This document shows, one piece after another, positions 1-8,293 of a DNA stretch of 64,000 bases; within the stretch, counting starts at the first letter, position 1; every line of letters starts with the position of its first letter. The translations under genes were made by a program, and so were the position numbers. Source of the stretch: a candidate division WOR-3 bacterium (GTDB lineage Bacteria > Hydrothermota > Tepidihabitantia > Tepidihabitantales > Tepidihabitantaceae); NCBI GenBank assembly GCA_037441285.1, contig JBBISL010000003.1, forward strand, positions 64,001 through 128,000, given 5' to 3'. The notes beneath the pieces are model-generated. The model was not told the origin of the DNA. It was given only the letters and a program-made list of their open reading frames with translations, and did not search any database.

Positions 1-7
1 AGGGGTT

Positions 8-883
8 GTGGAGGTAAATTATTACGAAGAGCGACCGGCGCTCGATGAAGGACCATTTCTCAAAGAGGAAAGAAGTTTAATCGAGGCAATCGCCCGAGAG
101 CTTGGGATTTTTATTGAACGCTGGGAAGCGAAGCAGGAGAAATCACGGCTTGAATTACAGCTGCGGCATGCAGACCGGCTTGCCACCATTGGGCAACTGG
201 CAGCGGGCGTCGCCCACGAATTGAATGAACCCCTGGCAAACATCCTGGGTTTTGCACAGCTTGCTTTGAAGGTGCCGGGGCTTTCCGAACAGGCACAAAA
301 AGATATTGAGCGAATTGTCCGAGCCGCATTGCACGCACGAGAAGTTGTTGGTAAACTGATGCTATTTGCTCGTCAGAAACCACCCAATCGGACCCGGGTG
401 AACTTAAACGAACTGGTAACCGATGGCCTTTATTTCCTGCTCAGCCGGTGTGCCAAGGCGGGCATAGAAGTTGTGAAGGAGTTAAGCCCAAATTTGCCCG
501 AGATACTTGCGGACCCTTCCCAGTTGCACCAGGTGCTGGTAAATCTTGTGGTCAACGCAATCCAGGCAATGCCCGGTGGTGGCAAACTGACGATAGCCAC
601 CGCATCAAAAGACAGGAGTGTTGTTCTAAGTGTTGAAGATACCGGTATTGGTATGACCGAAGATGTAAAGAGACAGATTTTTGTGCCCTTCTTTACCACA
701 AAACCACCTGGTGAAGGTACCGGGCTGGGGCTATCGGTTGCTCATGGAATTGTTACCGCTCATGGTGGTGAAATTATTGTAAAAAGCGAACCTGGAAAAG
801 GGAGCCGGTTTGATGTCGTCTTACCAATTGGTGGAGGGGCGCTCAACGAAAGCGAGGTTATTGATGAGTCAGGACAAAACTGA
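8..883 (+). CDS. Sensor histidine kinase, NtrB/AtoS-like (5' end lies outside the window)
   Basis: H-box AAGVAHELNEPL, N-box QVLVNLVVNAIQAM, G1 DTGIGM, F-box PFFTTK, G2 GTGLGLS. Confidence 0.93.
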   Translation: MEVNYYEERPALDEGPFLKEERSLIEAIARELGIFIERWEAKQEKSRLELQLRHADRLATIGQLAAGVAHELNEPLANILGFAQLALKVPGLSEQAQKDIERIVRAALHAREVVGKLMLFARQKPPNRTRVNLNELVTDGLYFLLSRCAKAGIEVVKELSPNLPEILADPSQLHQVLVNLVVNAIQAMPGGGKLTIATASKDRSVVLSVEDTGIGMTEDVKRQIFVPFFTTKPPGEGTGLGLSVAHGIVTAHGGEIIVKSEPGKGSRFDVVLPIGGGALNESEVIDESGQN

Positions 884-2198
884 GGCAACCCTATTAGTAG
901 TTGATGATGTTCAGGATACGCTTGAGGTTCTGGAACGCAATTTAACGGCTGCGGGCTATAGAGTTTATACCGCTCTTAATGTTTCTGATGCTTTGAAGGT
1001 GCTGGAGGTTCATCCCGTAGACCTCGTGATAACAGACCTGAAGATGCCCGGAGCCAGTGGGCTTGACCTGGTAAGATTCGTCAGGGAGAATTTTCGGGAT
1101 ACCGAGGTAATAGTAATCACCGGATATGCAACAGTGGAAAGTGCGGTCCAGGCGGTTAAAACCGGAGCCGAGGAGTATCTTGTTAAGCCGTTCACCGACG
1201 AGGAGTTGCTTAAAGCGGTGGGGCAGGTGCTGGAGAAATTAAGACTGCGCCGTAGCAGTCGAGTCGAGACGAAGTCGATACAGCGTTTCTATCCTGGTTT
1301 AATCGGCGAATCTCGAGTTATGAAGCGCGTTTTTGCCACAATCGAACGGGCGGCAAAGGTTTCTGCAACCGTGTTGATAACCGGTGAAAGCGGCACGGGC
1401 AAGGAACTTGTTGCCCGGGCGATTCATTACTCAAGCAAACGGTCGTCGGCGCCATTTGTGCCTGTTAACTGTGGCGGCATTCCGGAAGGGTTATTGGAAA
1501 GTGAGTTGTTCGGTTATGTAAAAGGGGCGTTTACCGGCGCCAATGAGACTCGGGCTGGCTTCTTCCAGACCGCGGAAGGCGGGTCAATTTTTCTCGACGA
1601 AATCAGTGAGACCAGCCTTTCGATGCAGGTGAAACTTCTCCGGGTTCTGCAGGATAAAGAGGTGCGGATGGTTGGTGATACTAAAGCATACAAGGTGGAT
1701 GTGAGAATAATGGCGGCGACCATTAAGGATTTGTTGAATCTGGTTCAGAAAGGGGCGTTTCGTGAGGACCTGTTTTTCCGGTTGAATGTGCTGACAATAA
1801 TGGTGCCACCGTTGCGGGAACGGGAAGACGACATTTTACTTCTTGCCAACCACTTTTTAGAAAAGTTTGCCCGGGAAATGGGACGAACCGTACCGAGATT
1901 TTCAGACGAGGCGCTCCAGATTTTGAGAAGGTATGAATGGCCCGGGAATGTTCGAGAACTGGAAAATTTGATTCAGCGCCTGCTGGTTATGTGTGATTCG
2001 GACACGATTGATGTCCCTGATTTGCCTGCGCATATGCGTTTTTCATTAACAAGCGAGGTGAAGTTGAACCGAACGCTTGAAGAGGTGGAAAGGGATTATA
2101 TTAAGCAGGTCCTATTAAGCGTCAATGGTAATATAACCAAAGCCGCGCAAATTCTTGGAATAGACCGAAAAATCCTGAGGAATAAAATAAAAGAATAG
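864..2198 (+). CDS. Sigma-54-dependent response regulator (receiver, AAA+, Fis HTH)
   Basis: Receiver VVDD..DLKMPG..KP; Walker A GESGTGKE; GAFTGA loop; WPGNVREL; C-terminal AAQILGI HTH. Start placed at ATG 864 after GAGGT. Confidence 0.95.
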   Translation: MSQDKTEATLLVVDDVQDTLEVLERNLTAAGYRVYTALNVSDALKVLEVHPVDLVITDLKMPGASGLDLVRFVRENFRDTEVIVITGYATVESAVQAVKTGAEEYLVKPFTDEELLKAVGQVLEKLRLRRSSRVETKSIQRFYPGLIGESRVMKRVFATIERAAKVSATVLITGESGTGKELVARAIHYSSKRSSAPFVPVNCGGIPEGLLESELFGYVKGAFTGANETRAGFFQTAEGGSIFLDEISETSLSMQVKLLRVLQDKEVRMVGDTKAYKVDVRIMAATIKDLLNLVQKGAFREDLFFRLNVLTIMVPPLREREDDILLLANHFLEKFAREMGRTVPRFSDEALQILRRYEWPGNVRELENLIQRLLVMCDSDTIDVPDLPAHMRFSLTSEVKLNRTLEEVERDYIKQVLLSVNGNITKAAQILGIDRKILRNKIKE

Positions 2199-2228
2199 GG
2201 AAATTTTCCCCGCCGGGTATTTTTACCC
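2198..2228. promoter_or_regulatory. Tandem palindromes, putative enhancer (UAS) for the sigma-54 activator
   Basis: GGGAAATTTTCCC (2198-2210) and GGGTATTTTTACCC (2215-2228), about 120-150 bp upstream of the -24/-12 site. Confidence 0.6.
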
Positions 2229-2348
2229 CGATTTCGGCACTCATTGATACCAATGGGTGAGGTTTCAATTCAAAGTTTCGGACATTTAACACACACTGTT
2301 TCAAATAGTCAACAAAAGAACCAAATAAACGAAGGGATAGGTGCGCAA

Positions 2349-2364
2349 TGGTACAGGAGATGCT
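2349..2364 (+). promoter_or_regulatory. Sigma-54 -24/-12 promoter
   Basis: TGGTACAGGAGATGCT = GG-N10-GC, close to TGGCACG-N4-TTGCW; lies directly downstream of a sigma-54 activator gene. Confidence 0.72.
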
Positions 2365-2448
2365 ATGTATTGTTTTAGGGGAATAAGGGAGAGAAATGGA
2401 TAGGGTGGTAATTGTAGTAAAAAATCGAAAACCTTAAGGAGGTAGAAT

Positions 2449-2799
2449 ATGGCAGTTATAACTAAAACAAAGAGAACATCGGAAAGGAAAGCAAAACAAA
2501 GAAAACAGGCGACAGTAAAGGAAAAGGAAGCTGTTGTCAGCGGGTTGTGTCTAACCTGCAATCATAAAAAAACCTGTGCTTTCCGGTATAATCAAACGCA
2601 GCCGGTAGTTTTTTGTGAAGAGTTTGAGTCTTTTGTTCCGACGGTTGAGGAGGAGGTGGTTTCAGAGCCGGTACCGACGCCGGAGGATATGCGGGAGTGG
2701 GATGAGTACAAAGGGCTCTGCGCCAACTGCGAGAATCGGAAAGAGTGTGCAATTCGTAACAGCGAGATTGGTGTCTGGCACTGTGAAGAGTATCAGTAA
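2449..2799 (+). CDS. Small hypothetical protein with two Cys4 repeats
   Basis: Strong SD AGGAGG; two copies of GLCxxCx5Cx11-12CEE(F/Y). Confidence 0.85.
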   Translation: MAVITKTKRTSERKAKQRKQATVKEKEAVVSGLCLTCNHKKTCAFRYNQTQPVVFCEEFESFVPTVEEEVVSEPVPTPEDMREWDEYKGLCANCENRKECAIRNSEIGVWHCEEYQ

Positions 2800-2827
2800 C
2801 TTTGAAAAGTTAACAGGAGGATAAAAA

Positions 2828-4147
2828 ATGAAGACGATTTCAACAGTCCGCAGGAAACGAACGATGCTGCCAAAATCGGTCGGAAACCAAAAACGGCGGA
2901 GTGTATATGAGGATGTAGTTACTCAGTTCAATCGCGCCGCCGACATAATGAATCTGGACCCCGGGGTGCGTAAAATTCTCGGGACGACGATGAACGAAAT
3001 CGTGGTTCACTTCCCGGTCAAGATGGATGATGGTCGGATTGAGGTGTTTACCGGTTACCGGGTTCAACATAACAACGCCCTTGGTCCATTCAAGGGTGGA
3101 TTGCGATTTCACCCGGCAGTGGATATCGATGAGGTTCGAGCACTGGCGACCTGGATGACCTGGAAGTCGGCAATTGTAAACATTCCGTTCGGTGGTGCCA
3201 AGGGTGGCATTCAACTGGACCCGTCTCAGTACTCTTTCTCGGAGCTGGAACGGATAACGAGGCGCTTCGCATTTGCTCTGGGGAATACAATCGGGCCGGA
3301 GTATGATATACCGGCACCGGATGTCAATACCAATCCGCAAATCATGGCATGGATTCTGGATACCTACCAGTCGATGATGCCAGCGTATGAGCGTCAGCGG
3401 TGTCTGCATGTTGTGACCGGGAAACCGATTGAATCAGGCGGCAGTGTCGGACGGGATAAGGCGACCGGTCAGGGGGTAGTTTTTCTTATCCGGGAGTGGG
3501 CAAAAGACCACAATTTTGACCTAAACGGTGCGACATATATTGTTCAGGGGTTTGGCAATGTGGGTTCCTGGGCGGCACGGCTGATGAAACCCCTCGGCTC
3601 GAAGTTGCTGGCGGTGGAAGATGTGACCGGTGCAATTGCCAATCCCGATGGAATTGACCCGGTTGATTTGAATGCCTATGTTCAGCAACATGGTGGGGTT
3701 AAGGGATATCCCAAAGCGATGTCAATTAGCCACAGCGAGTTCCTCGGTACAAAGGCAGATATATTCATTCCCGCGGCTCTCGAAAACCAGATTACGGAAG
3801 AAACAGCGCCGATGCTCAATGTGAGACTGGTTGCTGAAGGGGCAAATGGTCCAACCAATCCTGAGGGTGATGCGATACTGGCGAAACGCGGTATTGATGT
3901 GCTACCGGACATTCTCTGTAATTCGGGCGGCGTGATTGTTTCCTATTTTGAATGGTTGCAGAACAAGCGCAGCGAGTACTGGGAGTTGCAAGAAGTTGAT
4001 TGCAAACTTTACAAGAAGATAGTTCCAGCGTATCATCGGGTAAAAGAGGCAGCAATGAAGTTCGGAGTGGACTGGCGTACCGCAGCGTACATTGTTGCCC
4101 TAACTCGCTTGGAGAAGGTCTATAAGGAACGCGGGATTTTCCCATAA
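2828..4147 (+). CDS. gdhA: Glutamate dehydrogenase (Glu/Leu/Phe/Val dehydrogenase family)
   Basis: KGGLRFHP, MTWK, GGAKGG, PAPDVNT, TGK..GGS.GR, QGFGNVG, EGANGP, SYFEW; SD AGGAGG. Confidence 0.95.
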   Translation: MKTISTVRRKRTMLPKSVGNQKRRSVYEDVVTQFNRAADIMNLDPGVRKILGTTMNEIVVHFPVKMDDGRIEVFTGYRVQHNNALGPFKGGLRFHPAVDIDEVRALATWMTWKSAIVNIPFGGAKGGIQLDPSQYSFSELERITRRFAFALGNTIGPEYDIPAPDVNTNPQIMAWILDTYQSMMPAYERQRCLHVVTGKPIESGGSVGRDKATGQGVVFLIREWAKDHNFDLNGATYIVQGFGNVGSWAARLMKPLGSKLLAVEDVTGAIANPDGIDPVDLNAYVQQHGGVKGYPKAMSISHSEFLGTKADIFIPAALENQITEETAPMLNVRLVAEGANGPTNPEGDAILAKRGIDVLPDILCNSGGVIVSYFEWLQNKRSEYWELQEVDCKLYKKIVPAYHRVKEAAMKFGVDWRTAAYIVALTRLEKVYKERGIFP

Positions 4148-4162
4148 ATTAGCGACCGGGGT

Positions 4163-4199
4163 AAAGCCACGCCCGAAGTAACGGGGCGTGGCTTTTTTT
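4163..4199 (+). terminator. Rho-independent terminator after gdh
   Basis: Stem AAAGCCACGCCC / GGGCGTGGCTTT ending in a T7 run. Confidence 0.85.
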
Positions 4200-4246
4200 A
4201 TCCGGGTCAGGGTTGACTTTGGTTCTAAGAATAGTAGAAGGTTTTA

Positions 4247-4777
4247 GTGGTGTGGCACAGATTGCTGATTGCGGCGGGCATAACAGTGCTGGTTGGATGT
4301 TCAGTTCTTTACACCGGTTCGCCGCGTTATGGTCGAGGGCGTCGGGAACGAAAGGAAAAAACACAGCCGGCGCAAATAGCACAGAAACATCCGCTCGAGG
4401 AGAGAAAAGGAAAACTACCCTGGCCGGTTTCCGGTGTTGTTGTCGGGCAATTTGGGGTTCAGGTTGAACCGAAGTACGGCACAAAGACAAAAAATTCCGG
4501 GATTGATATCAGTTGTAAGAGTAACAGTACGGTGCGGGCGGTTGGGAAGGGCAGGGTGAGTTATGCCGATTTTTTTATGGGGCAGGGGTTGATGGTGATT
4601 GTGGAACATGGCGGCGCGTATCATTCGATTTATTCCCGGCTGATTGAGTTGAAGGTCCGTAGCGGTGACGAAGTTGTTCCCGGTGATACAATCGGAGTGA
4701 GCGGTGATGTTTTGCACTTTGAGCTGCGGATTGGAGGTAAGGCGGTGGACCCGCTGCAATGGTTAGAGAAAAAATAG
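4247..4777 (+). CDS. LytM/M23-domain lipoprotein, probably catalytically inactive (EnvC/NlpD-like)
   Basis: LPWPVSG..FG, NSGIDI, LHFELR, VDPLQWL; lipobox LVGC. Confidence 0.85.
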   Translation: MVWHRLLIAAGITVLVGCSVLYTGSPRYGRGRRERKEKTQPAQIAQKHPLEERKGKLPWPVSGVVVGQFGVQVEPKYGTKTKNSGIDISCKSNSTVRAVGKGRVSYADFFMGQGLMVIVEHGGAYHSIYSRLIELKVRSGDEVVPGDTIGVSGDVLHFELRIGGKAVDPLQWLEKK

Positions 4778-4819
4778 TGTTGACATCTAATTGGGATACG
4801 GTGTAAGATAAGGTGGTTT

Positions 4820-5824
4820 ATGAACACTAACCAGGCAACCGAAAATGTTGTTAGAGTAAAATTGATGCCGCCCTGGTCCTGGGTCAGTTATGTCGGCGCA
4901 GTAACCAGTGTTTTGCGGACACGGGGGGTGAAGTGCGATTTTACCGATGTTGCCGGGATGAGCGGCTACGCATTTGTCGTTAATATCGACCCGGAAATTT
5001 TGCCAACCGGTCCGGTTGCCTTTGACTGGGAGGTGCTGGTGGAAGGGACTCAGGCGCTGGGAGTTGAGACTGAGTTGGTGGCGGTGGAACGAGGCGCAGA
5101 TGAGTCCGAGTTAGAAGTTGAACTTTTTGAACGGGTGCGGGCTGAGATTGACGCCGGAAGATGTTGCATCGTCTGGGGAGCAGGAGAAGCGCCCGCGTTC
5201 GGTATCGTGTACGGCTATCGGGGCGACTCTTATTTAGTACGGTCATCAAGGAGCAGTCGGGGCCGGGAAGAGGAAAAACTTTTAGGACCGGATGAGGAAC
5301 CAGAACCGCCCATTCGGTTTGACAATCTCAAGGCACCGTGGCGGCTGGCAGCGTTGTTTTTTGGCGAACGGATTAAAACCGATACCGAGTTTCAGGAACG
5401 CCAGGCGATAAGCCGGGGCGTAAAGCTGCTGCGGGGTCAGCATGCCTGTTTTGATACCAATTACTATTATGGGGCGAGTGCGTTTCGGAGCTGGGCGGAT
5501 ATTCTAAAAAGAGGCCGAGCCGACCCGGTAGGTAATGCATTTAATCTGATGTGTTACTGGGAACTTCAGATGTTTGCGGCCGGTTTTTGTCAGCGGCTGG
5601 TTAAAAAGTGGAAGAGTGCGGCCGGGGCGCTAAAAGAGGCGGCAACCTTTTTTCAGGGCTCGTTAAAAAATCTTGAAATGTTGAAAAGCCAGTTGCCATC
5701 TCGGATTGAAACCGGGCTTGAAGAGTGGGTATCCGCCAGCAACGCAATCACTCTTCTCCGGGAGTGCGCTACGCTGAATGAAAACGCCGCATCGGCTTTA
5801 GAGCGGGCACTTGGTTTGATGTAA
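4820..5824 (+). CDS. Hypothetical protein
   Basis: 334-aa ORF with a TTGACA/TAAGAT promoter-like sequence upstream; no family recognised with confidence. Confidence 0.7.
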   Translation: MNTNQATENVVRVKLMPPWSWVSYVGAVTSVLRTRGVKCDFTDVAGMSGYAFVVNIDPEILPTGPVAFDWEVLVEGTQALGVETELVAVERGADESELEVELFERVRAEIDAGRCCIVWGAGEAPAFGIVYGYRGDSYLVRSSRSSRGREEEKLLGPDEEPEPPIRFDNLKAPWRLAALFFGERIKTDTEFQERQAISRGVKLLRGQHACFDTNYYYGASAFRSWADILKRGRADPVGNAFNLMCYWELQMFAAGFCQRLVKKWKSAAGALKEAATFFQGSLKNLEMLKSQLPSRIETGLEEWVSASNAITLLRECATLNENAASALERALGLM

Positions 5825-5867
5825 AGTGGTTAAAAGATGATGCCCGGCAGGTGGGGTTCGAATTGAA

Positions 5868-6731
5868 TCAGGACTTACTTGCGACCAGATAGATACCGGT
5901 GCCGATGAGTAGGCCGCCGGCAAGTTCCAGTGGCGTGGGTGGTAGGTGTAAAAGAAGGGCAGAAAGGATGGTAGTGCCGATTGGTTCGCCAAGAATGGAT
6001 ATTGCAACCACCGGCGCGGGAAGGTACTTCAGCGCCCAGTTAAAACTGGTGTGACCGAGAATTTGAGGTCCCAGGGCGAGGAGGAGGACAAGTAGATAGG
6101 TTTTCATCGGGTAGCCCAGAAGCGGAGTTCGGCTGACAAGGGCGAAGAGAAGAAGAAGCAGCGCGGCGATGGTGTAAACCGGATAGATGTAATTGAGCAG
6201 GGACAGTCCACGCCGGAGTTTTCTCCCTAAAATTACATAACAGGCGGCACACAACGCGCCGCCCAGCGAGAGGAAATTACCCGTGGTGAGGTTGGTCGAT
6301 TTCAAAGTCGGTCCGGCAATAAGTATGGCGCCAAGAAGCGCGATAAGGATGGCAAACCAGCCCCGTAAGGTCAGATGTTCTTTAAGAAATACCGGGGCAA
6401 TAAGGGCGACAAAAATCGGGTTCATCGCCACCAGAACGACTGAGCTGACCACCGTGGTGTGTTTGAGCGATTCAATCCAGAGGATAAAGTGGCCCGCAAG
6501 AAAGAAGCCAGCAAGAAGCGCCCAGCGCCAGCGTGCCGGGGTGAGTTCATTGCGATAGGTGCGAAGGTTTTTGATGAAGAAGGGTGTGAGAATGATGCTG
6601 GTGAACAGCATCCGACCGGCGGCAATCATCGGGCTGGGAGCGAGTGTAACACGAATGATTATTGAGGCAAAAGAGGCGACCCCGATACCGAAAAGCAGGA
6701 CCAGGAAGATGCGGGCACGAGATACAGGCAT
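5868..6731 (-). CDS. DMT/EamA family transporter
   Basis: About 10 hydrophobic helices in two EamA halves; LKEHLT, GHTSFNWAL, LGEPIG. Confidence 0.9.
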   Translation of the reverse strand: MPVSRARIFLVLLFGIGVASFASIIIRVTLAPSPMIAAGRMLFTSIILTPFFIKNLRTYRNELTPARWRWALLAGFFLAGHFILWIESLKHTTVVSSVVLVAMNPIFVALIAPVFLKEHLTLRGWFAILIALLGAILIAGPTLKSTNLTTGNFLSLGGALCAACYVILGRKLRRGLSLLNYIYPVYTIAALLLLLFALVSRTPLLGYPMKTYLLVLLLALGPQILGHTSFNWALKYLPAPVVAISILGEPIGTTILSALLLHLPPTPLELAGGLLIGTGIYLVASKS

Positions 6732-6894
6732 TGAAGTAGTTTTGCCTTAATTTTTTATTTGTCAATAATATGTTCCAAACCGAATAGGTTAAGATAATTA
6801 GCCGCTTTTTCTGAGATTAACCTATCAAATCGCCCAGTTCTATTGGAAATTGCCCTTTTCCCAGCAGTTTTTAGTTCTGCATATCGTTATACAA

Positions 6895-7000
6895 TTAGAG
6901 CCCAACGCCGGGGCTGATTAACGCTTCTCATAATTCCTTGAAAAACTGGAGGATAGGAATTGGGGTACTATCCCCGTAACGACCCAGGGGGTCGTCTCCT
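6895..7000 (+). repeat. Dispersed degenerate intergenic element, copy A
   Basis: TTAGAGCCC-N15-TAACG-N6-ATAA-N4-TTGAAAAA, shared with copy B at 24109-24160. Confidence 0.6.
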
Positions 7001-7339
7001 ACACCGTACTCCCTTTGCCTCTAACTTTTACACTCTTCTTGCATTTTCAATCACTTTTAATATCTATTTTATTTTGAGGGGCGGTTTGTCTTTCACAGTG
7101 AAGAGGTGCCCAGACCATGGATATAGAGGTATTTTAAGTTTCAGATTGTGGTGCCGGTATCCGCGTTCCGATGGTATAATGAGTCAATATTACCAACAAG
7201 ACGGGGTTATAATCTTCCGGGCTTCTGTGATTATGCTTCGCCTTTGAACCCGGGAAGCAGAGGTTGAACCTACTTATACATAGGGCGGTAGATTTTAAGA
7301 GGGTTATGTTGCAATTCAGAGCCGGTTTTATATATTTTA

Positions 7340-8293
7340 TTGGTGCAAGCCCTAACCCTGTTTTTTGTGGTTGTCGCCGATTTGGGCTGGCTTGGTCCTT
7401 CGGCAACCGGTTTCACATTTATGAAAATTGGGGTAGGGGCGAGGCCAACCGCATTGGGGCAGGCATTTACCGCAGTTGCGGATGATGTTTATTCCCTTTT
7501 TTACAATCCAGCAGGACCAGCACTGGAGCGAAAGTTTGATGCGGGTTTAACTTTGTGCGAGATGTTGCAGGGTGTTTCTTATGTTTCCGGCGGGGTTACG
7601 GTGCCACTGTTCAAGCGGCTTGGTTTTGGACTGGGTGCTGGGTATTTGAATGCGTTTGATACCCGGCGGAGTGAACTGGGTGAAGAGCTGGGAAAGTTCA
7701 GTTTGAGCGATTTGGTTGTGGGTCCTGGTGTCGCCTGGCAGCCGATAAAAGCGGTTGCATTAGGTGCGGGTGCAAAGTTTGTTTACAGTCGGCTGGACTC
7801 TTTTGCCAGCGGCGCGGTGTCTTTTGACGCCGGAGCACTGTATCGACCATTGCGTTACATCACCCTGGGGGCAAGTTTGCTTCATATTGGAACACGGCGC
7901 CGGTTTATTCAGGATTGGGAGTACCAGCCGGTTAATTTGCGTGCGGGTGCCTGTTTTAAACTCCCGTTCGATAAGAATTACATTCTTGTTGCGGGTGATG
8001 TCTCTGCCTATCCAGATTACGGTCCAACGGTCGGACTGGGTGTTGAAGGGAAACTGGATATGCGTGCACTGGGTTCAAATCAGACCGGCGCGGTATATTT
8101 AAGAGGCGGGTATCAGTCGGGCGGACACCTTGGCACCTGGTCCGGTTTTTCGTTTGGTGTTGGTTATGAAACGGTTTTAGCCGCTAATTTGACAATTTTA
8201 GTGGATGCGGTTTATCTCTCTTATGGAATTTTAGGGGATGCGCAGCGGGTTTCTATCGGTTTGAGGTGGGTGCCGAAGTCGGGGAAATCGTAG
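7340..8293 (+). CDS. PorV/PorQ-like (UPF0164) outer-membrane beta-barrel protein
   Basis: FMKIGVGARPTALGQAFTAVADD..FYNPAG N-terminal motif; alternating beta-strand pattern; start may be GTG 7343. Confidence 0.8.
   Translation: MVQALTLFFVVVADLGWLGPSATGFTFMKIGVGARPTALGQAFTAVADDVYSLFYNPAGPALERKFDAGLTLCEMLQGVSYVSGGVTVPLFKRLGFGLGAGYLNAFDTRRSELGEELGKFSLSDLVVGPGVAWQPIKAVALGAGAKFVYSRLDSFASGAVSFDAGALYRPLRYITLGASLLHIGTRRRFIQDWEYQPVNLRAGACFKLPFDKNYILVAGDVSAYPDYGPTVGLGVEGKLDMRALGSNQTGAVYLRGGYQSGGHLGTWSGFSFGVGYETVLAANLTILVDAVYLSYGILGDAQRVSIGLRWVPKSGKS

Noticed and set aside
6960..7406. Small ORFs in the long spacer (similar ones at 23846-24179)
   Set aside because: No SD or promoter geometry, no motifs, and the conserved blocks differ by a 1-nt indel between copies, which argues against coding
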